Part shown: positions 40,801-52,735 of the stretch, piece after piece
Layout: each line of letters starts with the position of its first letter
Numbering within the stretch: position 1 is the first letter of the stretch
DNA from: Oopsacas minuta
Lineage: Eukaryota > Animalia > Porifera
Assembly (NCBI GenBank): GCA_024704765.1
Contig: JAKMXF010000188.1
Coordinates: 553,015 to 617,014, forward strand
Reading direction: 5' to 3'
DNA length: 64,000 nucleotides
Translations under genes and position numbers: made by a program
Notes under the pieces: generated by a model
The model's input: the letters and a program-made list of their open reading frames with translations, nothing else
Told to the model about the DNA's origin: nothing
Database searches by the model: none

Positions 40801-43800
40801 AGAGCATCGAATATGTTAAACCTTCTGATTCTACGATTTGTTGCTCCGGCTGGAGAATGCTGGACCTTTGTGTAGTTATAATAGTCAGATAGGATATCTG
40901 ACATTTCATCGGCTTTGGGATGTCTAATGTATTGCAATGTTGCCTCATAGCGAACTATCTCTTCTCTGTCTATCAGTGCAGAGGATAATATGACATCTGC
41001 TGCCTGTAGAATTAAGCAAGAAATACCTTTTAAAACATCATACTATAAGTATATTTGGTGTAAGCCAATTTTCCTGTATTTTACACATTCTACATGGTGG
41101 AAATAAAATTATAATCATACAGTAGAACTCGGATTTAACGTACTTAATTTTCAGAACTAAAATTTTCAGATTACATAGGATTCTATGTAAATACAACTCG
41201 GTTATAATGTACCCTTTATATCCGAGTTCTACTGTAATTCAAATTTATGAAAATTCAATATTAAAAGGTAAATGAATGAGTCAAAAATGTAAAATTCACG
41301 GCTATCAGTGGCGGCCATAGGACATTGGGGCCCTTGTGCAATATTCCTCATGAGGGTTCTTCCTAAATAATGGAAGATTAGTGCAACTTTATATACACAC
41401 CATAACAAGGGCGGCGGATGTGCTAAATAGCGGACAGGCCATAGCCTGACTGACCTGACCGTTTGCGCCGCCCTTGTAGTATATGTTTTGCCTGCATTAG
41501 ATAGCTGCTTTTGGTGATAACTTTTATATAAAGTATTGGATAATTGCATATCAAAAGAAGTGTACATGTATTATAAAGATCCGAGATATAATGGAGTTCG
41601 CTCATTTGCAACTCGGTTTTCTAAAACGTTAGCTAATAACATAATTGAGTCTGATTCCATTTCTTGAAATTTAGACTTGTCAAGGCATTTGCTGTTAAAT
41701 TTTAGGAACAAGTATTTTGGATAACTCACACCTGCTGAATCCAAAATCACTGTTCCCTAGCTGAGATATTACTTTAAAATAGCGGCTGTCGGCGAATTCG
41801 CAATAGATGCTCTAGGCGATAAGCTTTTAAAATCTCATCAAATCACTAGAATTGTACTCAGCATCAAATTACCAGCAATTTAATGGGTCAATTTACCATA
41901 TTGCGACCTCTTTTGAGAATGGAATGTAGCACATTCCTGCGTTGTCAAGGAAAACATATTTCTCCAAACATGGCGACCTCTATAATGATATAAACAATTT
42001 CCTTGACAATGTAGGAATGTGCTACATTCTATTCTCAAAAGTGACCGGAGTATGGTCACGTGACCCATCAAATTACTGGAAATTTAATGCTGAGTACGAG
42101 TCTAGTGGTTAAAAGTTGATTTAGAAGTTGAACTTTTACAAGGAAGGTAAACATTATCATGTAAATTAACCAGCATCTTGATTATGTTCCGTCCATTTAA
42201 TGCTTTAGCAATCCACCCTGTCCCAATTAACCAGGACTTGAGACTGAGGTCTATAACGATTTTCGGCGAGAAATTGTAGCTTTAAGAGATGTATATACAT
42301 CTGAAATCGGGTTATTTTGTCTTATCGGATTTTTGTCTATCTGAGGATGTAAACAATTGAAAATCTGTTCGACTTATTTTGTCCTATAGTATATTTCTAG
42401 TGATTTTCAAAATACTCGATTAGTATATGCTCTAATTACTAGTAAAATATTTGCAGCTTTCGTGTTTATTATCAATTGGTGTATATTAGCTATCAAAAAT
42501 CGTCTTGTATATCAATATAATTATTTAGCAATATGGGTTATTTTGTCGTTTTAGCAGTGCAATCAAATGGACAAAATAACCTGAGTTCAATTGTCTCAAT
42601 TTAAGAGTTGCATGGTGGTCGAGATATAAAATTAGAACAGACTAGGTAATAAAGAAGTCCATGCATACTTGTTGATTATATCATAACACTGTTACACACT
42701 ACATGTACTTATATTTGATACCGACCTCATCAGTGTCGTATTGCCTCATTGAGTGAATAGCAGATCTCCGGAGAAGAGATGGAGCATGTTCTGACTCTAT
42801 ATAACTCTTCAGCAAGTTGAAACTCTTTTCATTAGCTGCGTTACCCAATGAGTCTATCAAGCTTGATTGTCTACTAAGACCAATACTCGCATTCGAAAGC
42901 TTGATTGCAGAGTCGACAGAATTCTCTCTTCTGTACCTGGAATACAATTGACACATGTAAGGATTCTGTTAGCAGGGCAATCAAGAGCCTTATGGGGCTC
43001 CTTGTCAATTTTTTAATACGGTCCCTTGATATAAATTGCAAAAATTAAGTCATGACAAGTGGATAAAGTTACCAAAGTTAAAAGGAACTAATGTGAGGCT
43101 TTCGTCGAGGATTCCGATCTGATCTTTGGTTATGTTTTGACGGTCATTTAATAATTATATTCCATGGCCGGCGGACCCGGGCCTGTATTTGAGTGTACTT
43201 TAATGAAGTTATTCTAAGGCTGATACCTATCTATGTATACTTGTATGCAGTAGTATTCTTATTACCTGTTGATTGTAATTATGATAATGTGATATAACTT
43301 ACTAGTTACTACATCATGTAGATGACTTTTTTGTCCATTAATTAATACACATGTAAAACTGCAATCAAATGTCTTTTGGGTAATTTGATAATACTAAGGA
43401 ACTGTCTCCGAGAAGCGGACATTTCTCAAATACGACAAAAGCCATGTCCCCAATGTGCCAGTTATTCGGAGACTCTACTGTATTGACACCGACCTGTGCT
43501 AGATTTCTCGCATTTGTGACAAGCACGTAGGGAGGTGTTGTCCACAGTCTGTGCTACCCCTAGATTATGGAATTGGGTATTTTGAAACGAGCTACATTTG
43601 TTACTCATTGCCACCCGGCTGGTGTCAATATACAATATGTGGCTCTTAATACCATCAACCAGTCGCTGCCAATAGCCTCACCCAGAGATGGAACCGGTTA
43701 GCTTTTTCATGACCCGACCCGACCGGACCGGCCGGTCGACCGGTCGACTGGTAACTTTGACTATATACTGCCTGGCCGAAAGTATTGGAACACCCTGCCA

Positions 43801-46800
43801 CTTGTGACACAAGTGGCACACGGCGAGAATATGTTCAATATTCTGTGGATATAGCAGAAAGTAGAAAATCTCTCAAGGTTGATGAATTAATATTTATTCA
43901 AAAATGTATGAAATAATTTTCAGTTATGGTCTAGTTTAATCGAACTGCTAAGTTGAAGTTCTTGGTCAATAAGATTACAGTATCAAATTCAGATTTACCG
44001 TATTCAGAAATTCTGACCGGCCAGTCGAAATCTTCGACCGGTACCCGACCCGACCGGTTCCATCTCTGGCCTCACCCATATTTAATGTATTAACTACTTA
44101 TCTAGTAGGGACGGAATTGGGCCAAATCTAGGTTTTGTATGCAAATCTTGTTACAAGTATGGCTAGTGATTTTTGATAATATGGCTCTTATTGACGTATT
44201 AACGAAATTTAATCATTAGCCATTCATTAATGTACACAAATAGAAATAGTAACCTCTAACCTGTCATGGTCATGTGGTAGTGTCATTCTGTGTAACTTAT
44301 TTATTATCTTATTAGAGAGCAGAGGATCAGATTCTTTCAGAGTAGCACTCATTGAGCCTAGAGCTAGAACAGCCATGTTAGAGAGTGTGTGGTTATGTAG
44401 TTGTATTGGAAAATGGGTGGGATGGAATGCTAACTGGTCCAGAATATCAATAGCAAATAGAGATGGTAATTTAAAAGTAGCGAGGTGTGGTAGTATACTG
44501 ATTGCCATTTCTCTCTCGATACAGCTGGTATTAAGGAATGTAACAAGCGCGACATGACAGGAGGCCCTGCTACACATACCGAATGCATCAATTATAGCAA
44601 ACACATACTCCAGTCTGCTCGTTAGAGGACAAGACAGAAACCTAGTTGCTAACTGCTCAATATCTTCATCTCTCATCAACTCTATTATGTTAACAATCTC
44701 TCTAATTGTCTTAACACAATCTGTATCTTTGATATTAGGGTAGCAGTTCTCTGTCAGAGAGAGCTTTGAATAAACCTGAATGAAAATAGAAATATGTCAA
44801 ATTTGTTGATATTTTAACAAACATTGACGAATTTGTTGGTTTCGAATAATGATGTGCAAATGTGTACTGTGCGTTTCATAGCAAATTGTGTTGTGGTGAA
44901 TTAGGAACTCTTAGTATGGCACTTGGAGAGTAAATTTGTTTATAACATAGACGATAATATACTACATCATTGTATTAAGTCATACCTTTGAACTAGCTTT
45001 GCTGTAAGATAAAGGATCCTTGATCACTCTCTGAGCTATGATACTGTCTAGAATTAGACCAGATGGCTCAGTGATAGAAGCAGGGTCGAAGCTAGTTTTA
45101 GTTATCAGATTAATGTGTGCGATTCCAGAAGCTTTTATAGGAGGAGGATCTTCTTTAGAGCGATATTTCTGAGTTGAACTCGTTATATCAGCGCTATCCA
45201 ACACTTTAATTGAATTGATGTGACCTGGTGCAAAGACCCAATATAATATATTATTGTTATGATGGAAAATACAGTCCTGCTATCGAACATAACATGACAT
45301 AGGAATATAGGATACTTTCCATAGGCCTAGGTAGCAGGGGCGTCGATTCCAAATATTTATTAGTGGAGGACAAGTTATTTTTATGTCCACTTTTCTGAAA
45401 TGCTGGTAGAAGTAAAGATTTCGCCTCCTCCCCTAATAATCTAAATTTGGGGGCGAGTCGAATATTTTCTCCGTAATTTTAGTCATTGAAATCAAATTCA
45501 AGCCCCCATTGACGTAGCACCTCGTCCGTCTGTTCCTGGCTTCCTGATATAACAGGATCATTCTATAGATGCTGTAACATATACCCTATGGGAGACCTCA
45601 CTTTTGGCCGACCACATTTTCATCCGTGCAATGTCACAGAATCAAGGGTGGATCCAGGGGTCCTAAATGAGGCTTAGTCCACCAAATTAAGCAATTTACC
45701 CCCGAATTAGTGTAAATTATTAGTGAAATTCAAAATCACGGAAATAAGTATCAGTTTCTATAGACGATTACCGTACTCTACCTTCAGTACTACAATATAC
45801 AGTTTGGTCCGATGCGACCAATTTTAATTGTTCATAACCATAAATGTAAAATCTGTGTTTTGAAAACTAGTTCAGCCTCTACCGCCCTAAAACATTTAGT
45901 TAATTTTCATATTCTTACACGAAGAATATATGGACAGGGTGGTTGACCCTTAATCAACTATTACAAAAATATTATTTCATTGTGACTTGATTTCTAACTG
46001 TAGGAAATTAACATAGAATTCTGAGGCTGTAGGTAAATCGAAGCGATGAACCTAGTGAAAAAAATTTCCTTAGCAGGGCTACTCGGGGCTAGACAAAATA
46101 TTGGGGGGGGGCGCGCGAAATGATACTCTCGCCCCCTTGCCCCCTCAGGATCGACGCCCTTATCTGGTAAGCCATAGCCTATTAAAGATACAGCTTGATT
46201 GGCTAATGAGAAAATTGTAGGGAGGCTCGGAGGTGTATCCTCATTTTGGAAGAACTAATCATTTTATGGTTTCCAGATATGAAGAATCAATTGTAAGGTT
46301 TCCCGGACATATTTTACAATCCCTGACTAGCAAAAAGGTGGTATAATGTGTGTAGTTATTCGAACATACTGTACTGATTAAATAATAAGAAACTTGTCGT
46401 GAATCAAAATTGTATAATATCACATATAAAACAAGTTTGAAACTGAATAGTTCGATATTAGAGTGTCAATCGATAGGATGAATTTTCAAAAACTGTGAAC
46501 AATACCGGCGTTCCGCTGGTATTTTTCCCAGTTTTGACATTAGAATACTGTCTGTATTTAATTTGAATTTCATTCATCAAATCTTGACACCTAACTAGGA
46601 TATTTACTTCAAAATAAAAATTGCTATGAATTTTGTTTCTAAATTGCAAAATGTGTGATATTTAAAACCTTGCTAGTGAGCCAAAAGGCGTCAAAACATG
46701 ATTACTTTCATATGAGTAATCATGCATTGACGCCTTTTGGCTTTATCTCAAAATAAATAAAGCCAAAAGGCATCAAAACATCCAATCATATCTATATAAC

Positions 46801-49800
46801 TATAAATGAATATAGTTTGATAGATATGATTGGAGGAGACCCCTAAAATTGGAGGGACCTCCCCAAATGCAGATTCAAAAATATAAATGGGGGTCTCCCC
46901 CAAATGAAACCCTACATGTAATATACAACTTTCGAAAAAGCACTGTCAGATCCTATAGTATTGTTTCAATGCACCCAAACAAAATTAACAAATCATTTTA
47001 CAATTGGAACAGTGTTGTTTGGGTAAGCTAGGATGTACTGTATGTATTTGTTCATGTTTATGTGTGTGTATAATAAACACATTTCTAAATAGTCAATCCG
47101 GACAGCTGATTACGAAAAAACCTAAAAACGCTAAGTGTTCACCCAGCTGCGGCGCGCCGCGCGATCAAACTAAGCGCGTTAATGAACTATAAAACGTTTA
47201 CTTTTGTTTCATGTAATAATCAATTGTGACTTATAATTATTTACCTGTTTCTTTAATAATATGTATGTCCTTTTTGCGAGTGTGATCGTTCTCAAAATCG
47301 TTATGTATCTTGCTGTAGGTAACTGTATTGCTGTCTTCTTTAACCGAATATCTAATGTGGAAAAGAACATTCTATAAATTTACTCGAATTAGTACATTTT
47401 TCTGTTGAGTAACCTTTATTGGCAAAACAATTATGATTTTACAGTAGAGCTCCTGAGAACAGTCTGCCGACTGTTGCAGGAATGTGACAAACAGTTTGTC
47501 AGAGCAATCAGGATATCATATAGTAATTCAGTATAGCAATTCATAAGCGCTCATACTAAAAAACTGGCTAAATAAAATCATATACTATAAGTACTTGTAG
47601 TTTAATTGTAACACTACTTCAATACATACAGTAGAACCTCGTTAGTACAACAAGGTTACGAATTTCCGGATAATACAAACAAATATTTAAACAAAATTAG
47701 GACAGCCTCATTCTGTCTTTAATATATGGATAGAACATTTGTCACCTTTTCTAAGAGTTATGTCAATATTTCTCTTCTCTGATATTTGAACTTTATCAAA
47801 GTTCAACCACTTAAAGCAGGCATAACAAATTTCCGTTTATATCTTCCTGGGCAAACAAAATAAAATAATTGAATATAAATATACTACGAGCCTTGGGCTC
47901 GTCACTTCGCGATGACCTCAGCGCATTGCGCCTCGAGGTATTCAAAGGACAAACAAACAGACAAAACAATTGAAGTTTAATAATATTGATGTTGTTTACA
48001 ATATTCAGACTCAGCATACTCGATTACCTCAGTATTGTCGTTGAAAGTATGATTCTACCTCATTTTTGAAATTTGTTTACTTTATATTCATGAAAACAAC
48101 AATAAATTTACATATGATTAATCCAAAAGTGTGAAATTCGGATTCAGCATGTTCGATATATTTAGTGCAGTTTATTGAATTCTATTTACTTCCTTGATAA
48201 ACACGATAAATACATAGTTTGTGACAATTTCAAAATTTCATACCGTAAATCCTTTCCTTGACAACGGACAAACAACAAACAAGCAAACAGACAACAATTG
48301 TGATTTAATAATATAGATTTAGAATTTTGAAATTTACGAATTTATATTCATCACAGATTACAGAAATCGGCGATGATTATAAATTTGTTTACATTATATT
48401 TTTCAAACCATTAGAACCTCGTTGATACGTACACGAGGGTGCTTTCAAAATTTGTACTTATCTGGAATACGTATTGACCGGAGCAATATTAATTGAAAAC
48501 CAGTGTAGAGTGCGGTTGGTCAGGTTTCATCCGAACCAACTCTAAATTGGCTCGGTTCAAACCTGACCAACTCTAGGTTAGAGCAGTGAGTATAGAATTA
48601 CAGAATAAACTTTAGCTTTTGCACTGACAGCTGATATTGTATTGGCGTAATTGAATGTAGATCATGGTGAAAGAGGATGAACTTGTAAATTGCATAAAAA
48701 TGTTGAAATGTGAAAATTTATAAATTTATAACCGAAATCGTGAATCACCTCACAGATAAGGTGACGAAGTATTCTACTAAGTGCAAATTAATGGTATACA
48801 GTACAGTGGAAGCCGCTTAATCGGGATAGCCGCTTAAACGGGATAATGGTTTGGGAACAGATTTTTTACATAGAAAAATCGTCGGATAATTGGGACATCG
48901 AATCGGTTAATCGGGATTTTTTATCCCGATTACCCGAATATTTGTAAGTTCATAATCGGTTATTCGAGATTTCTTATCCCGATTAACCGGATATTAATTG
49001 TATTCGCTTAATTGGGATTTCTATCCCAATTTAATGATTGTATATTTATTCAGAATCATTGTAAAATGGTTTGTTGTAAAACTAGGAATTTTGAATATTC
49101 TCTACAACTATAACAATATAACACCGATGCGATTACCATTTACTATACTAAGATTGTAAACATTGCTCACTCGCCTCAGGTTCCATTGGCTATTCCACCG
49201 TGTATAATTCCCTCAATAATGACCACACTGTTGGATATCCAAACGTTTTGCTTGGGTTGCGGTAATACGTACATGCACAATTATTTAAACTATATTTTCT
49301 TACTTTTTAAGTATATATCGTAAAGCATTCTATGACCTCTTGAAGCGGGACTATACCCATACTACAACCAAATGTCTACTAGACCTAGATAAATCAGGAT
49401 TAGTAGTATAGAAATAAGATATATCTGGTCATGTGACAATGAAAAACTAGTTTTGAATACCTAAATAATCATAATCAGTTAATCGGGACAAAACATTGAC
49501 TCCCGAGCTGTCCCGATTAAGCGGCTTCCACTGTACTACAAGAGTAAATTCAAAATTCAAAATTGGTAAGAGAACGAAATGTAAATTTGGTTGGGTGTAT
49601 ATATAAGAGTAGACCGAAAACAGCTTTGGAGAACAGGAAATATTTCGCCAGCCAGGTAGTGTTTGTAATAAATAGGATTCATCTAACACTGAATTTCGCA
49701 TTACAAATACAGTCAAACCTGCTTGCCGCCACCTGGGAACAATCCCTCCTATTTCCCATTATTAATTTATAATGACCTCTGTATAGCGGCTACCTGATCA

Positions 49801-51671
49801 ATGCGGACAGCGACCACCATTTTTGGCCCCTTATGGTGCTAAACCTGTCTATAACGACCACCATCTCTATATAACGGACACTTCCTTTATCTAACGGCCA
49901 CATTATATTCTAGGTCAACTCCCATAAAGTCCACCTATGACAATTTTCTTGGGTAGCCATCGTTAATCGTGTTCGGGTAACGTAGAATAACTAACCTGGC
50001 AGAGTGAGTCCCTGAGTGATCCAAGTCAGGTACACGGTATGCCCATCCTCCATATTTGTCAGTTCCCTTTTTCCTAACATATTCATGCAATCTGAGAGAG
50101 AAAGAGCTTGTCACTGCTTTCTTAAGCTGCAATACTGCTCTCTCTTCTTCTTCTGGATAGCGTACCTTGCTATAGAAACTCAATTTAGAACTAACTATTC
50201 TAATTTATGTAATTATAATGTCAGTTAATATTACAAACCTGATAAGTCCATCTTGTCTCTGATAAAAAGAAAACCATTGAGTTAAGTTCATTTGATGTTC
50301 AATTATATCATGACCATGTTGTTTAGCCTCTACACTAACTAATTTAGCATCAGTTAGTATAACTTGTACAGCTGTGCAGTTAAGAACTCCAAATAGATCT
50401 ACTCTCATCAGAACTCCTTCTGTCTCTTCACACTGACTCATTCCATATGCGAAGAGGAAAGCTTTTGCATTGAAGTTGAATTTATCCACTTGATTCAACG
50501 TTATCTGTGAATTATCGTCATTCAATTACAGTAGAACCCGTTAATACGTACACCAAGGAACCGTCGAGATTTGTACTCCTTATTCGGAGTACGTATTAAC
50601 CGGAGTAAAACCAATTGCATATTCATTGACAGACTAAAATTGTGGTCTTTAATCAGCAACCTAGTGTACTAGTACCGCCTATATGAACAAACTACCTAAG
50701 CAACCAGGGTTCGTGAACAATTTGAGTTGTTGTTAAGCGTCGTTTTGAAATGTATATTATTAAATCTCAATTGTTGTTTGTCTGTTTGTTTGTTTGTTGT
50801 CAAGGAAAGGAATTATGATATGCAATTTTGAAATTGTCGCATAACTATGTATTTATCGTGTTTATCAATGGAGTAAATAAAATTTAATAAAATTTCACAC
50901 AATATATCGAACATGCTGAATCTGAATTTCCCACTTTTGGATTAATCATATGTAAATTTATTGTTGTTTTTATGAATATAAAGTAAACAAATTTTCTAAA
51001 TCTCAAAATTTACGTAGATACTTGCTCTCAACAGCTACAAAGGGGGTTGATCTTACAAAATAATTCAATAATATATATGCCCATATACTTATGTTTGTGA
51101 ATTGTTCTAAATATATCTATATTATAATACTCTAAATGTATTATAACCAAATGATCGCAAAATAGGGTTGGAATCATCAATGAGATTTAATTTCAACAAA
51201 ATACCTATAAATTTTCTCATTCAAATTGTGATTCAAGTTAGAACATAATTTGGGTTAAATTCAACCAATTTGGGGCCTGAATTGAGGACTAAAGCCCCAA
51301 AAGCCCCCCTTGGCCACGCCCCTGGTCGATGGTCCACCATAAATCATTGACGGTTAAACTTCGTTTATGTGAACACCAAGTTACCCCTGTGTAGTTATTT
51401 AGAGCAAGTCTGTATGTATATTTGCTAAATTCGAATCTAAATAGTACACCATAAATCCTTTCTTTGACAACGGACAAACAGACAGACAGCCAATCAGAAA
51501 ACAACAGTTTAGATCTGATAATAATAGATTCTATAGTCTGTTTATGCTTACCTCAGAAGAATATGAGTATTCATACTGCGAACCTGCACAGAATGGAGTA
51601 GCAATATCTGTGATAACTGTTGAAGTCAAGTTGAGTATCAGAAGCAGAATTAGAATCTGCTGTAGGATCAT
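16830..51671 (-). CDS. Giant type-I membrane protein, about 5103 aa, 20 exons: signal peptide, vitellogenin/LLT-like N-terminus, M23-like, PAN/apple, FN3-like repeats, ConA/GH16-like, cadherin-like, 2 EGF, TM, PDZ-type C-terminus
   Basis: Exons in transcript order: 51552-51671, 50239-50504, 49996-50169, 47245-47351, 44986-45224, 44261-44775, 42726-42936, 36173-41003, 32588-32903, 32007-32179, 31164-31816, 30383-30533, 29681-30135, 28957-29566, 22819-28043, 20824-21151, 19049-19259, 18721-18967, 18259-18605, 16830-16962. All introns are GT-AG with matching phases; the sum is 15312 nt = 5104 codons. Starts MILQQILILLLILNLTSTVIT and ends ...DESQETLF. The donors of exons 11 and 15 have possible alternatives. 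Confidence 0.85.
17524..17823. mobile_element. Tc1/pogo-type MITE (CAGTCAAAC.. TIR, TA flanks)
   Basis: Right end GGTGGCAGTTATAGACAAGTTTGACTG|TA; degenerate left end. The internal AACGGCCAC repeats and core are shared with a truncated copy at 49710-49975. Confidence 0.7.
17825..18215 (+). mobile_element. Helitron-like non-autonomous element in the last intron of the giant gene
   Basis: Starts TATATATGTTTGTATGTCC and ends AGCGAAGCGCGCTAG|T (CTAG followed by T, GC-rich subterminal tract). Confidence 0.65.
18297..18760 (-). other. Two EGF-like domains and the transmembrane helix of the giant protein
   Basis: PCLNDATCK|GPNNDPDC...YSCECTEEW...C and NLCLSQPCHYNATCQIKENGDYECLCEPGWRC, then ISAVVLSIVIILLIIAVVSLIVCVYL (18297-18374) and a basic stop-transfer QKRK. 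Not shown in the ORF track. Confidence 0.85.
19300..19655 (-). mobile_element. Helitron-like repeat, 5' portion with (GTTT)n tract
   Basis: Family core plus CCTTGACAACGGACAAATAGACAAACAAACAAACAGAC, also seen at about 22765, 48255, 50780 and 51460. Confidence 0.65.
19659..20090. mobile_element. pogo/Tigger-type MITE, 432 bp
   Basis: TA|CAGTAAACTCCCGTTATAAC ... GTTATAACGAGAGTTTACTG|TA; 19/20 TIR match and TA target duplication. Confidence 0.9.
21888..22366. mobile_element. pogo/Tigger-type MITE, 479 bp, with duplicated right end
   Basis: TA|CAGTAAAACCTCCAAAAGGTGAACAC ... GTGTTCACTTTTGGAGGTTTTACTG|TA; internal GTGTTCACTTTT repeats; 23-bp tandem duplication at 22348-22401. Confidence 0.88.
33101..34009. 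mobile_element. Tc1-like foldback element, 909 bp, with 365-bp inverted arms
   Basis: TA|CAGTCAATGGACAAAAGTATTCGAC ... GTCGAATACTTTTGTCCATTGACTG|TA. Arms 33101-33465 and 33645-34009 differ at only about ten positions by eye; 179-bp non-coding spacer. Confidence 0.93.
34147..35003. mobile_element. Foldback/TIR element with TGTAGGGG...CCCCTACA ends and G/C-run subrepeats
   Basis: About 190-250-bp inverted arms containing repeated AAATTTGGGGG(N)GCCCCCC motifs; a related end fragment lies at about 46835-46920. Confidence 0.8.
36570..36790 (-). other. PAN/apple domain within the giant protein
   Basis: ELEECATDCLQFPTKCFSFNYAPVSHICELL...YSYYEK fits the C-x3-C-x5-C-x-SF-x-Y...C-x-L...YYEK pattern. 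Confidence 0.8.
41120..41234. mobile_element. 115-bp MITE (CAGTAGAACTCGGA TIR, TA TSD)
   Basis: TA|CAGTAGAACTCGGAT ... ATCCGAGTTCTACTG|TA. Confidence 0.85.
41844..42107. mobile_element. 264-bp palindromic foldback element (CACTAGA...TCTAGTG)
   Basis: Arms CACTAGAATTGTACTCAGCATCAAATTACCAG...TTTTGAGAATGGAATGTAGCACATTCCT..TTGTCAAGGAAA mirror on both sides of a short centre; no clean TSD. Confidence 0.75.
43683..44068. mobile_element. hAT-superfamily MITE, 386 bp
   Basis: Perfect 15-bp TIR CAGAGATGGAACCGG/CCGGTTCCATCTCTG, perfect 8-bp TSD GCCTCACC on both sides, and subterminal ACCCG/GACCG repeats. Confidence 0.95.
48804..49533. mobile_element. pogo/Tigger-type MITE, 730 bp
   Basis: Perfect 23-bp TIR CAGTGGAAGCCGCTTAATCGGGA, TA TSD, and many internal AATCGGGA/TCCCGATT repeats. 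Confidence 0.93.
50751..51045 (+). mobile_element. Helitron-like repeat, 5' portion
   Basis: ATGTATATTATTAAATCTCAATTGTTGTTTGTCTGTTTGTTTGTTTGTTGTCAAGGAAAGG plus the family core; reverse-complement copy at about 48035-48318. Confidence 0.7.
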
Positions 51672-51996
51672 TGATTTAAAGCGGATATTCTAAATATTTA
51701 GTAGTTTTTAAAGTCTACTCAGCATAATTGGGTCAAATTGTAATCTTTAGAATTAGCCTAAACCAGAATATACTGAGCGACATGTCTGGTTTAAATAACA
51801 TTATTAATGGGGAGCCCTCCGATATGAGTTAGGGAGGTGAAAGTGGTACACTGATCAATTATTGGAGGAATACACACGCTGGAGGTCGCACTTATTAGGT
51901 TAAAAATATATGTTACTCTATTCTGAAAATTCTACACTTATGAGGGGGAAATATGTTCGTTGGGTCACTCCATAATATTATTAAAAATTAGTTCAC

Positions 51997-52735
51997 ATTG
52001 GTTTGACTTTACCATTGCCATTTTCCCTAATGTGCCTCAAATTAATAATTAATGCAGTTATGTATTGATTTATTATCTATTGTTCAAATTTACGAGAAAG
52101 CGGGTGAGGGTGTACGCTCCATTTGAAAAATTTAGACAAAAAGCTGGCGCGCGCTCTGTTTTGAGGCATGAAATGTAGAACGAAAGCCCCCTCCAAGAAT
52201 TGAGGAGCGTAACCTAACCAGCCATAATTCCATGCCCCTCACCCTAATATTGTGTTTACTAAATAGGTATATTTCTCAATCTAAAGTGACAATATACTAC
52301 CCGAGTGGCAAAAGCCTCTACAATATTGTGATTTCGGATATGCAATAACATTTCGGCTGTTTACTATTTACAAAAGTTAGAATTTGTCTGATGAATGTAA
52401 CAATTATATAATTCGTTAGATAACTATTTATATAGTTTATTAATCAACATAATACATTGAGCACATGTATAGTTGTAGCCACTTTTCTTATATTGAAAGA
52501 ATAAAAAAAGCTTATAGCCCAATTTATGGTAAGGTGTAGCTACTACGTATTTTAGTAAAATCACTACTAGGCAAATTTGCTCAAATTATTATGCAAGGTC
52601 GTCTATGATACTGTTATGTCATTGAACATGAGCAATGGATAATAAATATTCACAAAGGCGGGGCCTGTTATATTTATATTAGTCTCAGAATATCACCGAA
52701 TATTTCCGAATCGCTGGATTTTATCTTACCAAAGC
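51997..52735. repeat. ~739-bp dispersed direct repeat, copy 1
   Basis: Colinear with 61895-62625 from ATTGGTTTGACTTTACC to TTATCTTACCAAAGC; roughly 90% identical by eye. Confidence 0.92.

Larger units (their letters stand above)
40700..51671 (-). other. Vitellogenin_N / large-lipid-transfer-like module (exons 1-8 start)
   Basis: Y-E-Y-S-Y start after the signal peptide; QRQDGLISKVRYPEEEERAVLQLKKAVTSSF resembles the LLTP beta-barrel segment; DHSGTHSARY; then a helical block with LALGSM, LIDSLGNAA and LRRSAIHSM typical of the LLT alpha-helical domain. Recognised by eye. Confidence 0.65.
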
